NCBI GenBank assembly: GCA_965140445.1
Contig: OZ223236.1
Coordinates: 992,001 to 1,056,000 of the forward strand
DNA length: 64,000 nt
Source: Candidatus Ozemobacteraceae bacterium
GTDB taxonomy: Bacteria; Muiribacteriota; Ozemobacteria; Ozemobacterales; Ozemobacteraceae
Reading direction: 5' to 3'
The notes below the pieces were generated by a model that was given only the letters and a program-made list of their open reading frames with translations, did not search any database and had not been told where the DNA came from. The number at the start of each line of letters is the position of its first letter. Position 1 is the first letter of the stretch. Position numbers and translations under genes: made by a program. Below are positions 10,545-19,531 of the stretch, piece after piece.

Positions 10545-11238
10545 TGTCTCTGAATACCTTTACTGTTTTTTTCATTTCGTGGTTCCAATTGTTTCCTCTG
10601 GCTGTTGTTATTGATGAAGCGACTGTAATTTCCACAATTGCGACGTTGTTAACTGTGCTTGGACCTGTTTCAGCTATATCTCTTGCAACAATATCAAGAT
10701 TCGTAATGTCGTATTGCCCAGAAAAAGGTTCACGCATTAATCCTTTTATGTCGGCAGGCATGTTTATAGAATCTAAACTCATGATACTGTTTGTTCCATT
10801 AATTCCCGAATTAATGTCTGCTTTAAATGAAGCCAGCCATTTTTTGTGTAGCCCACCGGCCAATGTAAAATCCTGAGTGAAAAGATTGTTATTAGTAAAT
10901 GCTCCAGATTTATATAAAAAAATCGGACCAGGGTTATAAGAAGTTATTGCGGTAGCTGGATTTCCAAGACTTGTAACCTGAGTAAAATCAAAAAGTGGAT
11001 TCCTTCCCTGGGCAAGACACACCGCATCATAAAGCTCTCTATTAAGTAACTTAATTTTTATCATGGCATGCTGAAAGGCTGCTCTGGTAACAAAGTGGGC
11101 TTGTAATTGGGCCACGTTTGTTTCATTAAATTTATTATATTGCCGGGACTGCTTTATGATAAAGGTAGCTAACACTCCCAGAATTGAAGCGAAAATTAAA
11201 ACAAGGGGAACGGCAAATCCTTTTTTACTATTAGTCAT
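10534..11238 (-). CDS. Prepilin-like protein lacking Glu5 (PilX/GspK-like)
   Basis: KKG|FAVPLVL, then QAHFVTRAAFQHA helix. Confidence 0.75.
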   Translation of the reverse strand: MTNSKKGFAVPLVLIFASILGVLATFIIKQSRQYNKFNETNVAQLQAHFVTRAAFQHAMIKIKLLNRELYDAVCLAQGRNPLFDFTQVTSLGNPATAITSYNPGPIFLYKSGAFTNNNLFTQDFTLAGGLHKKWLASFKADINSGINGTNSIMSLDSINMPADIKGLMREPFSGQYDITNLDIVARDIAETGPSTVNNVAIVEITVASSITTARGNNWNHEMKKTVKVFRDNVN

Positions 11239-11240
11239 GG

Positions 11241-11993
11241 TTAATTCAAAGCCGCCTTAGCTGTAAAAACTTCAATTGACCTCTCGTGAGAGTCGTTTAC
11301 CCATTTAATACGAAGTAAAATCCTTTTCATAACACAGGCGTTATTGCCTGGCACTCCGTTTGGAACACCAAGGTCCAGTGCTGAAAGAGTTTGGGTTGCC
11401 AGTTGAGTTACGGATGCGTCATAGGGAGTGACAGCTTCATTTCTTACGTAAAGCGGGTCATATCCATTGCCACTCATGGTATACCAGATATTTTTTCCCA
11501 TTGCGTCCTGTTGATTTTCATACAGGGGTCTGGGCAAAAAATTGAATGTCAGATGGTTTGGGTTATCTTTGTCATTAGAAGAAACCGGGAAAACAAAGAG
11601 TTTTATATTGTATGTTACGTTTCTCTCGTCAACAATTGCTCCCCTGGCATAATTGTCTGCTCCGCTGGTGTTGCCCAGGAGTTGAAGAAAGGGACTGCAA
11701 TCGTAGACAGGTGAAGTCAGGTTGGATAGTTCGCCCACGTTGCTTTCAGGGTTTGCTCCGTCCAGGTCAGCTACTTGTATTCCAGAGCTTTTAATTGAAT
11801 CGAAAGGTACATCGTCTAATAATGTGTCAAGAATATTTCGAGCTGTAGTTTGGGCAAATGCATGCGAATTAAAAGAGTCGGTATCTCTGGAGCCCGACCC
11901 AATAACGCCTATAATAGGAATGAAAGCAAACGCAAGTATGAGTAGCGCAGCCATGATTTCAAGCAAGGTTATGCCGTTACGAAGACTGAACAT
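11241..11993 (-). CDS. Type IV prepilin-like protein (PilV/GspI-like)
   Basis: RNG|ITLLEIMAAL class III signal. Confidence 0.85.
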   Translation of the reverse strand: MFSLRNGITLLEIMAALLILAFAFIPIIGVIGSGSRDTDSFNSHAFAQTTARNILDTLLDDVPFDSIKSSGIQVADLDGANPESNVGELSNLTSPVYDCSPFLQLLGNTSGADNYARGAIVDERNVTYNIKLFVFPVSSNDKDNPNHLTFNFLPRPLYENQQDAMGKNIWYTMSGNGYDPLYVRNEAVTPYDASVTQLATQTLSALDLGVPNGVPGNNACVMKRILLRIKWVNDSHERSIEVFTAKAALN

Positions 11994-12025
11994 TGTTTGT
12001 GGGTTCCCTCTCGAAGTATAAATAT

Positions 12026-12054
12026 ATGTTAAGGCAATCTCACCATTAAGACAA
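12026..12054 (-). promoter_or_regulatory. Possible sigma70 promoter of the 11993-3424 cassette
   Basis: TTGTCT-17-TAACAT on the minus strand. Confidence 0.35.
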
Positions 12055-12266
12055 GCCTAAGTTAGTATAATTCTGTTTCAGGAATTGTTTTTGAATAAAA
12101 AAAAATGTTGTTGTATATCGTCTATGGGACTTGCTTTTAATGCCTGGAGATATCTCTGGAAAAGAAAAAGGTTGTGTTTTGATCTGTAGACTGCTACTAT
12201 AGATGAACGTTCCAAAGCAATTTGAAACGCTCTATGCTCTAGCCAAAAGGCTTTTTGCATAATCGT

Positions 12267-12340
<74 letters not shown>

Positions 12341-12343
12341 TTG

Positions 12344-12378
12344 AAAAGTAGGTCTGTGTAAACAGACCTACTTTTTTT
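12344..12378 (+). terminator. Intrinsic terminator
   Basis: AAAAGTAGGTCTG-tgtaaa-CAGACCTACTTTTTTT. Confidence 0.9.
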
Positions 12379-12413
12379 GTTCCTGAATTTACGGAAAAAT
12401 CTTTAAAAATTAG

Positions 12414-12442
12414 TTGACTTTATCTAAAACCGCTGATAAGAT
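12414..12442 (+). promoter_or_regulatory. Sigma70 promoter of the tRNA operon
   Basis: TTGACT-17-TAAGAT with a TGn extension, 13 nt before tRNA-Leu. Confidence 0.8.
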
Positions 12443-12455
12443 ATTAAAACAATCC

Positions 12456-12539
12456 GCCGGGATGGCGGAATTGGCAGACGCACCGGACTTAAAATCCGGC
12501 GGGATTAAACCCATGCCGGTTCAAGCCCGGCTCCCGGCA
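12456..12539 (+). tRNA. tRNA-Leu (TAA)
   Basis: Cloverleaf with CCGGA-CTTAAAA-TCCGG anticodon arm and long variable arm. Confidence 0.95.
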
Positions 12540-12547
12540 CACAACGA

Positions 12548-12621
<74 letters not shown>

Positions 12622-12633
12622 ATGCTAAAAATT

Positions 12634-12664
12634 AGGGCCTGAACTATTTCGGGCCTTTGTTTTT
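12634..12664 (+). terminator. Hairpin between tRNAs (weak terminator or processing site)
   Basis: AGGGCCTGAA..TTCGGGCCTT followed by a T-rich run. Confidence 0.5.
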
Positions 12665-12669
12665 ACCAA

Positions 12670-12743
12670 GGCAAGGTAGCTCAGCTGGCTAGAGCACACG
12701 GTTCATACCCGTGAGGTCGTCGGTTCGATCCCGACTCTTGCTA
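12670..12743 (+). tRNA. tRNA with CAT anticodon, most likely elongator Met
   Basis: CACGG-TTCATAC-CCGTG arm resembling Firmicute elongator tRNA-Met. Confidence 0.9.
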
Positions 12744-12746
12744 TTC

Positions 12747-12771
12747 GACCCCCATTTTATGGGGGTTTTTC
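12747..12771 (+). terminator. Intrinsic terminator-like hairpin
   Basis: GACCCCCAT-ttt-ATGGGGGTT followed by Ts. Confidence 0.75.
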
Positions 12772-12785
12772 TATTTAAGGCTGTT

Positions 12786-14147
12786 ATGAAAAAAGTTTCT
12801 GGTGTTTCGCAAAAGCTTATTAGTAAATTTTCTCCAAAGGTAAGCTGTAAAAAAATCGCATTAGCTATCTCTGGCGGTTGCGATTCAGTAGCCTTGTTTT
12901 TTTTACTTAGAGAATATTGCCGGATTAATTCCAGTGAGTTGGTTTGCTATCATGTTGACCATAATTTGAGGGCTGATAGTTCAAGGGATGCCAGGTTTGT
13001 GGCAGAGCTTTGCATGGAAAATGGAGTAAAGCTATTTTCAAAAACTTTAGAGAAGCCTTCTGCGTTAGATCTTAAGCATATTGGAATTGAGAAGTGGGCT
13101 AGAAAAAGTAGATATAGCGCATTTGTTGAATTTTCAAAAGAGTCGGGAGCTGAAATTGTTGCCACAGCACACAACGCCAATGATCAGACTGAAACGATTC
13201 TTATGCGTATGATGAGAGGAACATCAATGGATGGTTTTTCTGGCATCAGACCTTTTCGCAAGTTAAGGTTTGATGGCATTTGTTTGCAGCTATGGCGCCC
13301 AATGCTTGGAATAAGTAGAAAAGAATTAGAAAGCTATTTGGGAGGCTTTGAGCAGAGCTGGTGCGAGGATTTAACCAATAAGGATTTGCGGTTTTTCCGG
13401 AATTACCTGCGAAAAAAAGTGGTTCCAGAGCTTGATTTGGCACTTCCTGGAGCGCTTAAACATATTTCCCTTCTAAGTTCTGATATTTCGGAGCATTTCC
13501 AGTATGTCAAAAAATTGACGCGAAAGATTTTTAGGGCAAATTATGGTGATAATCGTCTAAAAATTCCCAGAAAAATCTCGAAAGTGTTAATTAAAGAACT
13601 TGTGAAGGTGTTTTTATTTGAGTCTGGAAATGAGAGTTATGTAAACCGAAAAAACATTGAAAATGTTGTAACCCTTTGTAGAAGCGGTAAGTCGGGGAAA
13701 ATTTCTCTTGGCCGGGAAAAACTAATTTATTTTTCTGAAAATCAATTATCCATTAAAAACAAAAGCATTGAGAAAATTTTCGAAGAAAAAAAAATTCTTT
13801 CAGGTGAAGCAATTAATTTTGGAGATTTAGAGGTTGTTCTTGGGGATTGTTTAAAAATGAAAAGAGCAGATTTTCATTTCTGGATCGATCCCGAAGTCAT
13901 TAAAGGTGATTTGATTGTCAGGTATAGAAGGGCAGGAGATAGATTGGAAATTAAGAATTCAAAGGGAAGAAAGAAAATCTCAGACCTTTTTATAGACAAG
14001 AAAGTGCCGGTTTTTGAACGTGAAAAAGTTGTTTTGTTTTGTGACTCTGAAAAGGTTTTGTTTGTACCGGGAATGGTGTGCGGCAGGGGAGTTTTTGAAT
14101 CTCCTCAAGAAGGCCACTTATGCATTTCTGTTAAAATTGCTGAATAG
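12786..14147 (+). CDS. tilS: tRNA(Ile)-lysidine synthetase
   Basis: AISGGCDS, TAHNANDQTETILMR, RPML, RNYLR and TilS C-terminal domain; start moved to ATG 12786 because the longer ORF overlaps the tRNA. Confidence 0.95.
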   Translation: MKKVSGVSQKLISKFSPKVSCKKIALAISGGCDSVALFFLLREYCRINSSELVCYHVDHNLRADSSRDARFVAELCMENGVKLFSKTLEKPSALDLKHIGIEKWARKSRYSAFVEFSKESGAEIVATAHNANDQTETILMRMMRGTSMDGFSGIRPFRKLRFDGICLQLWRPMLGISRKELESYLGGFEQSWCEDLTNKDLRFFRNYLRKKVVPELDLALPGALKHISLLSSDISEHFQYVKKLTRKIFRANYGDNRLKIPRKISKVLIKELVKVFLFESGNESYVNRKNIENVVTLCRSGKSGKISLGREKLIYFSENQLSIKNKSIEKIFEEKKILSGEAINFGDLEVVLGDCLKMKRADFHFWIDPEVIKGDLIVRYRRAGDRLEIKNSKGRKKISDLFIDKKVPVFEREKVVLFCDSEKVLFVPGMVCGRGVFESPQEGHLCISVKIAE

Positions 14148-14151
14148 CTTG

Positions 14152-14562
14152 TTAATCTTGAAGATAGAACAACTTCCATGCTTCAGGGTCTAGATTGGAA
14201 GTGTTGTTTACAGCTTCTGCAAGAATGGAATTATTTAATTCTTCGCCGCTAATCTGAGCTTTAAAACGAATTGCATTTGTAGAAATTCTATTGGTAGTCA
14301 GGGTGAGCTTAATTCCGGGGGATATTTCCTGGGTGCTCATATCAAGTTTTCCCGCTGGAATTGATTCTCCGGATTTAATTTTCTGAAGTTTTAAAATGAT
14401 AGCTGATTCCATTTTATAATCTGCTTTTAAAAGGGTGGAAGCGGCTATGGATATGGATTGTTTCACGTTTCCAAGGAATGCTGCAAGAACTATTACCATA
14501 AAGGTAAGAATTACGGCCATTACCAGGTGAATAGTAACACCAGCTTTATTGCGAAGGCGCAT
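14152..14562 (-). CDS. Small prepilin-like protein lacking Glu5 (K/X-like)
   Basis: NKAG|VTIHLVMAVIL, KADYKMESAI; GAGGTG SD before ATG 14562. Confidence 0.6.
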   Translation of the reverse strand: MRLRNKAGVTIHLVMAVILTFMVIVLAAFLGNVKQSISIAASTLLKADYKMESAIILKLQKIKSGESIPAGKLDMSTQEISPGIKLTLTTNRISTNAIRFKAQISGEELNNSILAEAVNNTSNLDPEAWKLFYLQD

Positions 14563-15001
14563 TTTCTTCACCTCTCAGTGCAAAAGATGTGATAAATGGT
14601 ATCTGCATTTGGTCCTCTGGGAACAGATAAGTGGTAAGCAGATTTTTTATTTTTGGATCTGCTTTGAAACTTGCCTTTTCAAGGTTGCTTAAAATTACTT
14701 CTGAGCGATTGTTAGTATCAATTCTGACAAAAGATTTATTCACAAATTTATAGGTTATGCTTTTTTCGGGTTTAATTTTAAGAGAAAAGCTATCAGAGGC
14801 TGTTTCCAGACCAAATGCGTAGCGACAATCCTGACGAATCAAATATAGAACCTTTGAATATTGCTTGACGATGTCTGCTTTTCCGGAGGAATCAAGCTCT
14901 TTCGCCTGATAAAACTGAAAAACAGCCATAATTGAGGTAAGCAAAATAATTACAAAGGCAATAACCAGGATTGATTCAAATGAAAGTTCACCTTTTCTCA
15001 T
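14546..15001 (-). CDS. Prepilin-like protein (J/W-like, atypical)
   Basis: RKG|ELSFESILVI, then LIRQDCRYA helix. Confidence 0.6.
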   Translation of the reverse strand: MRKGELSFESILVIAFVIILLTSIMAVFQFYQAKELDSSGKADIVKQYSKVLYLIRQDCRYAFGLETASDSFSLKIKPEKSITYKFVNKSFVRIDTNNRSEVILSNLEKASFKADPKIKNLLTTYLFPEDQMQIPFITSFALRGEENAPSQ

Positions 15002-15543
15002 TCGTCATCTCCATCTCCATCTCCATCTGAAAGAAAATCTGGTTGAGGGTGAGCCAGTAGTCGTTCAAGAAAAACTCTCATTTTCTTGTCTTCGAAGGTA
15101 TAGCCAATGTAAGCAATAACTTTATACAGGTTTCCTTCAAGATAATATGTGTCTACCTGGCAACTAAATGGTTTCAAAGACCAGAAAATCTGTTTATCTG
15201 ATTTTTCAGAAACCGAATCGTTTTCAGGAGAAAAGGAATTGAAATATTCTGAGACCGACTTTCCTGAAACAGCCTCTGCCACAATAGGTTCTGATTCAGT
15301 CATTACTGGCAGATACTCTGCATTCATCATTTTTTTTGCAACCATGGTTTCAACAACATGGTGCGCTAAGAGTGTTGCCAGGAATTCCTGCTGGGTTTTG
15401 GGCTGATTGGGTTTAGCTATTTTAAACAAATACACTATAGGGTACAGGGCGGATGTGAGAATTGATAAGGCTAATAAGAGCTCTAAAAGATTGGTGCCAC
15501 TCTTACTATATCCGTGTTTAAAACGCTTCGACAGAAATTTCAT
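14998..15543 (-). CDS. Prepilin-like protein (I/V-like, atypical)
   Basis: SKSG|TNLLELLLAL. Confidence 0.7.
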   Translation of the reverse strand: MKFLSKRFKHGYSKSGTNLLELLLALSILTSALYPIVYLFKIAKPNQPKTQQEFLATLLAHHVVETMVAKKMMNAEYLPVMTESEPIVAEAVSGKSVSEYFNSFSPENDSVSEKSDKQIFWSLKPFSCQVDTYYLEGNLYKVIAYIGYTFEDKKMRVFLERLLAHPQPDFLSDGDGDGDDE

Positions 15544-15558
15544 TTGTCCATTATATCA
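15544..15558 (-). promoter_or_regulatory. Extended -10 promoter, probably giving a leaderless mRNA
   Basis: TG-A-TATAAT followed by 6 nt and then ATG 15543. Confidence 0.65.
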
Positions 15559-15609
15559 TGCAAATTTAAAATTTGTGCGAGTTTTCATGCCAAAGTTTCA
15601 CCTTTGCTA

Positions 15610-15637
15610 TAAATATTCCAAAGCAAAGTGCCGATTA
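15610..15637 (+). promoter_or_regulatory. Sigma28 (FliA/SigD)-type promoter
   Basis: TAAA-N16-GCCGATTA, same spacing as upstream of flgM and flgK. Confidence 0.75.
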
Positions 15638-15673
15638 TGTTCGCAGGAATATTTCCCACGGAAGGAGCGGGAC

Positions 15674-16300
15674 ATGGTTAAAAGATTTCAGTTTTTATTT
15701 GCTCTGGTGCTAGGAATGGCACTGTTAACAGCCGTTGGTTGTGGAACGAAGAGCACTTTGCGCGGCACTATAGTTGGAACGGTAGTTGATTCGCAAACAG
15801 GTATAGGGGTTGCAGGGGCAACAGTTATGACTTCCCCATCAACAAATACTGTGACAACGGATATTAATGGTAATTTTACTCTTGCGGATATTGAGCCAGG
15901 TGTTTACACAGTAACCTCACATGCAACTGATTATAACTCAAATTCGCTTACAGTAAGCGTTGATAGTGGCGTGTCTGCAACAACTCACATTGTTCTTGTA
16001 TCTATGGGCGGAAGTTTTTCAAGAAATATTCTTCCAATCATGAATGTAAACTGTGCAATCGTTGGTTGTCATAATGATAGTTCTGCAGCTGCTGGACTTC
16101 GTTTGAACAGTTATAACAATGTTATGAAGGGCTCAAAATATGGAGCAGTTGTTTATCCGTATGATGCTCAGGGTAGTAAGGTTGTAAAAAGAATCAAGGG
16201 TACTGAAACTCCAAGGATGCCCAAAAATAGACCTGCTTTATCAACCTCAGATCAAGGTCTGATTTCAAACTGGATTAACGGTGGAGCTAGAAATAACTAG
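15674..16300 (+). CDS. Lipoprotein with a carboxypeptidase-regulatory-like beta-sandwich and a Planctomycete-type cytochrome c domain
   Basis: AAGGAG SD, lipobox TAVG|C, GTIVGTVVD..G..VAGATV...GNF....PGVYTV, CAIVGCH haem motif, PRMP, WINGGA. Confidence 0.8.
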   Translation: MVKRFQFLFALVLGMALLTAVGCGTKSTLRGTIVGTVVDSQTGIGVAGATVMTSPSTNTVTTDINGNFTLADIEPGVYTVTSHATDYNSNSLTVSVDSGVSATTHIVLVSMGGSFSRNILPIMNVNCAIVGCHNDSSAAAGLRLNSYNNVMKGSKYGAVVYPYDAQGSKVVKRIKGTETPRMPKNRPALSTSDQGLISNWINGGARNN

Positions 16301-16328
16301 TTCAAGTAAGATTTATCAGGAGTATTAG

Positions 16329-17090
16329 ATGAAAAACTATCGCTTAGGATTAATTGCAATCGGGATTTGTGCCGTTGGAGGCACTTTTCTTGTTTCTCAA
16401 AGTTTCGCGGGACAATCACAGAATCCAGTTTTAAAAGTTGTTAGACATGGTGATGCAAATAAAGTTTCATCCAGAACCAGATATAACACTTTAGCCAGAG
16501 TTTCTCCCAGCATAATGCCTGCGGATCATAAGATTAAGCTGGTGCCACCTCCTTCCGAGCTGCCAGATATTCGTAGCAGAAATATGGTTACTTCAATTAA
16601 TCCTGTTGCGGCGCCTCCTGTAAAAGCCGTAAAAGTCGTTTCTCCAACAACTGGAAAAAGGCAGAAAAATGTTTCCGAAGTTAGAGTTGTAGCTGCAATT
16701 AGCAAGCCCGCAAACCTTTATTCATATTCCAGACTATTGAATTATGCCCCTCATCCGCTTAGCGAAGATATATTGAAAAAAACTCCAGTGAGCCTTATGG
16801 GTAAAAATTACTGGTTTTCAGTTCGTTATGATGAAGACTGGAAAGTTATCAATGATGATGAAGCATATATTCGCGGAATTAGTTTTGAAATTGATGTTAT
16901 GGAAGGTAAAAACAAAGTAAGATCAATGAAAACTCCAAAAGTATCAATTGATCCGAAAAAAATCAGAAAAGGTCAGGTGCTTGGAATAGCTGAAGTAGCA
17001 CCATATAAGTTTACAATTAAGGTCGAAGAGTTTGAAAAGAAAAGAAAAGGAATATCAGAACTTGTTTTCAAACTTGATCTTGTGGGATAA
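16329..17090 (+). CDS. Hypothetical exported protein
   Basis: AGGAG SD, signal peptide, Pro-rich linker, basic beta-rich C-terminal domain. Confidence 0.75.
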   Translation: MKNYRLGLIAIGICAVGGTFLVSQSFAGQSQNPVLKVVRHGDANKVSSRTRYNTLARVSPSIMPADHKIKLVPPPSELPDIRSRNMVTSINPVAAPPVKAVKVVSPTTGKRQKNVSEVRVVAAISKPANLYSYSRLLNYAPHPLSEDILKKTPVSLMGKNYWFSVRYDEDWKVINDDEAYIRGISFEIDVMEGKNKVRSMKTPKVSIDPKKIRKGQVLGIAEVAPYKFTIKVEEFEKKRKGISELVFKLDLVG

Positions 17091-17136
17091 TTCCAAAACA
17101 CTAATTTGGAAATAGAATAAGGCAGGAGAATTTTAA

Positions 17137-17937
17137 GTGGACAATACCACCGTATTTGGCAGCATAGCTGGGATGATCCTCATCGTAGTGTCGATCAAGC
17201 TCAACGGAAATCTTAGCGTATTCATCAACATACCATCATTGTTGGTTGTTTTTGGCGGTGGGTTTTGTGCGATGTGCGTTGCTTTCAGCATGGATAAAGT
17301 TAGGGCCAGCATGGTTATGATTAGAGCATGCTATATGGCTCCTAAAGAATTTAACTACATGAAAGTTGTTAGTAATATTCTGATCACCGCTGAGGTCGCA
17401 CGAAAAGAAGGTATTCTTGCCCTGGATTCCAGATTGGCTGAGATTGATGAACCCTTCATGGCCAGAGCTTTGCAGATGGTCATCGATGGTGTTGATGTAA
17501 AAATTATTGAAGACGTCCTTGATACAGAATTGGATTCAAGGGCTAATCGACATACTGACGTAAAAGGCGCGGTTGATTTCTTTGGTTCGGTTGTTCCCGC
17601 CTTTGGTATGATTGGTACGATTATGGGGCTGGTTGGTCTGCTTGGAAACCTGGATGACCCATCTTCAATTGGTCCAAATATGGCGATCGCACTTGTAACA
17701 ACTTTCTACGGTGCGGTTGCTGCTAACTTGTTTCTCATTCCTTTTGGTAAGAAGGTTGAAGAAAGAAGTGCTGCCGAACAACTATATGGTGAGATTATTG
17801 CTCGCGGATGCCTTTTTATCGCTGCGGGAGTTCACCCTAGAATTATTCAGGAACGTTTACTTGCTTTCATGTCAGAAAAGGCGAGAGTTCAGTTTAACGA
17901 ACTACATCTATCAGAGGAGCTAGGACAGGGTGGCTAA
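17137..17937 (+). CDS. motA: Flagellar stator A subunit (MotA/PomA/MotP)
   Basis: FINIPS..VVFGG, ARKEGILAL, PAFGMIGT, ALVTTFYG. Confidence 0.95.
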   Translation: MDNTTVFGSIAGMILIVVSIKLNGNLSVFINIPSLLVVFGGGFCAMCVAFSMDKVRASMVMIRACYMAPKEFNYMKVVSNILITAEVARKEGILALDSRLAEIDEPFMARALQMVIDGVDVKIIEDVLDTELDSRANRHTDVKGAVDFFGSVVPAFGMIGTIMGLVGLLGNLDDPSSIGPNMAIALVTTFYGAVAANLFLIPFGKKVEERSAAEQLYGEIIARGCLFIAAGVHPRIIQERLLAFMSEKARVQFNELHLSEELGQGG

Positions 17938-18673
17938 GAAACCAAAGCCAGATGAAATAAGTGCGCCGCTTTGGTACGTTTCCTTTTCGGATCTTGTTAC
18001 CAACATGCTTTGCTTTTTCGTTATGCTGTTCGCTTTTTCTTCATTAGATTCTCCTAAAAAACGCCTGGAAAGCGAGTCTAGAGATGAGAAATACTGGGCT
18101 GCATTTAGCATTAATCAGGCTCAGGGTGCTTATCAGTGGCTGAATGATGGTGGAAAAGGAATTTTGCTTACCCCTGCGAACAGGAAAAGTGAAATGCCCA
18201 AGATCGTCAGAAAAGTTCGAAAATCACTGAACAAAGTTTCTATGGCCGATAGATTGCTGGTTTTATCTAACGACCAGATGGTAAAGATTACTATTCCCGC
18301 AAAAGTGTTATTTGAAAGTGGGAAGGCCAATATGAAGAAGGGGGCCGAAGAAGTTTTGAATGGCCTTCTTGATATCATTGCCAATCTGGACAATATGGTT
18401 CGTGTAGATGGTCACACCGATGATCTTCCTGCAAGGAACTCTCTGTATCCATCAAACTGGGAACTATCAACTGCGCGTGCTTGCGCTGTAGTAAGATATT
18501 ATGTTGACACCATGGGATTAGACCCTGAAAGATTTTCCGCTCAGGGTTATGCAGAAAACCAGCCAGCCTTCCCCAATGACAGCGAAGCTAATAGAGCTGC
18601 GAATAGGCGCGTTGACATTGTTATTCTTTCCAACAAGAAACCAAAGAAGAAGAAAGAATTTAAGTGGGAGTAA
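17930..18673 (+). CDS. motB: Flagellar stator B subunit (MotB/PomB/MotS)
   Basis: WYVSFSDLVT..LCFFV TM segment; GHTDD, NWELSTARA and NRRVDI of the OmpA-like domain. Confidence 0.95.
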   Translation: MAKKPKPDEISAPLWYVSFSDLVTNMLCFFVMLFAFSSLDSPKKRLESESRDEKYWAAFSINQAQGAYQWLNDGGKGILLTPANRKSEMPKIVRKVRKSLNKVSMADRLLVLSNDQMVKITIPAKVLFESGKANMKKGAEEVLNGLLDIIANLDNMVRVDGHTDDLPARNSLYPSNWELSTARACAVVRYYVDTMGLDPERFSAQGYAENQPAFPNDSEANRAANRRVDIVILSNKKPKKKKEFKWE

Positions 18674-18699
18674 GCTTTGTTTAAAGCTTTCTTAGGCAC

Positions 18700-19530
18700 T
18701 TACCTCTGGTAAATTAGCTTTCTGGACTCTGTAAGCAGTTGATCAACTTTTTCGAGTTGTACACTGGTAAAGCTGTCAGGGTTTGTTGATCGCAGTGGAC
18801 CAAGCATATTAATAACTTCTTTATAACGTTTCATGTGAAACGCAGCTTCAGATTTGCCAATTGTATATGATCTGAAATTAGGATCGGATTGTTGTAGCTG
18901 TGAATAAAATAGGTATGCTTTGATATACAAACCATCTTTGAGCGCTTTTTCTGCCATTTTTGAAATAGTTTCGCCATAGAGAATTCTATCTTGAGGCGGA
19001 TGTGGTGTGCTTAAGGCTGTTGGTGCTACTGTATAGGTCGGGCTCTTAGGCATTGGGGCAGAGGGAACCGGGGCCGGTGTTTTCATTGGCTCTGAGGTGT
19101 TTGTAAAGTTCGGCCCAAACCAACCTCGTTTGAATTCCTTGGCAGTTTTTACAGGAGTTTGACTGGAGGTTTTCATAGTAAAACCTTCTGAATAGCCCGT
19201 TCTGTGGTTTACTTCAGCAAGCAGCCTCTTATAGTGGCGTAGTAGGGGATGATTTGGCTGCTGTTGATCAACAATTTTAAAATAATTGGTGGCTGCAATA
19301 TAGTTTTTTTGCTCAAATTCTATTCGACCCATTAAAAGGCAAAGCTCCAAATTCTTAGGGAAGAATTCATCGTATTTTTCAAGTATTTGCCTGGCCTGGT
19401 CAAGTCTTCCGGTTTGGTAAAGTTGACTTGCGGTTCGCAACTCTGAATCCAGTTCAGCGGAAAGCACTGAAGCTGACAAACCAGCAAAAAATAGAGTGAG
19501 AATAAATTTTGAAGCTTTTTTTGGGGGCAT
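18700..19530 (-). CDS. Secreted TPR protein
   Basis: Signal peptide and two TPR-like blocks joined by a Pro-rich linker. Confidence 0.7.
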   Translation of the reverse strand: MPPKKASKFILTLFFAGLSASVLSAELDSELRTASQLYQTGRLDQARQILEKYDEFFPKNLELCLLMGRIEFEQKNYIAATNYFKIVDQQQPNHPLLRHYKRLLAEVNHRTGYSEGFTMKTSSQTPVKTAKEFKRGWFGPNFTNTSEPMKTPAPVPSAPMPKSPTYTVAPTALSTPHPPQDRILYGETISKMAEKALKDGLYIKAYLFYSQLQQSDPNFRSYTIGKSEAAFHMKRYKEVINMLGPLRSTNPDSFTSVQLEKVDQLLTESRKLIYQR

Positions 19531-19531
19531 T

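Noticed and set aside
15006..15029. (CATCTC)3-CATCTG tandem repeat
   Set aside because: Short in-frame Gly-Asp tail; length changes would not shift the frame
15576..15592. Sigma54-like TGGCAT...GC on the minus strand
   Set aside because: GG-to-GC spacing is off by one base
15407..15673. N-terminal extension of the 297-aa ORF
   Set aside because: Overlaps the opposite-strand pilin and the promoters; SD and lipoprotein signal indicate a start at 15674
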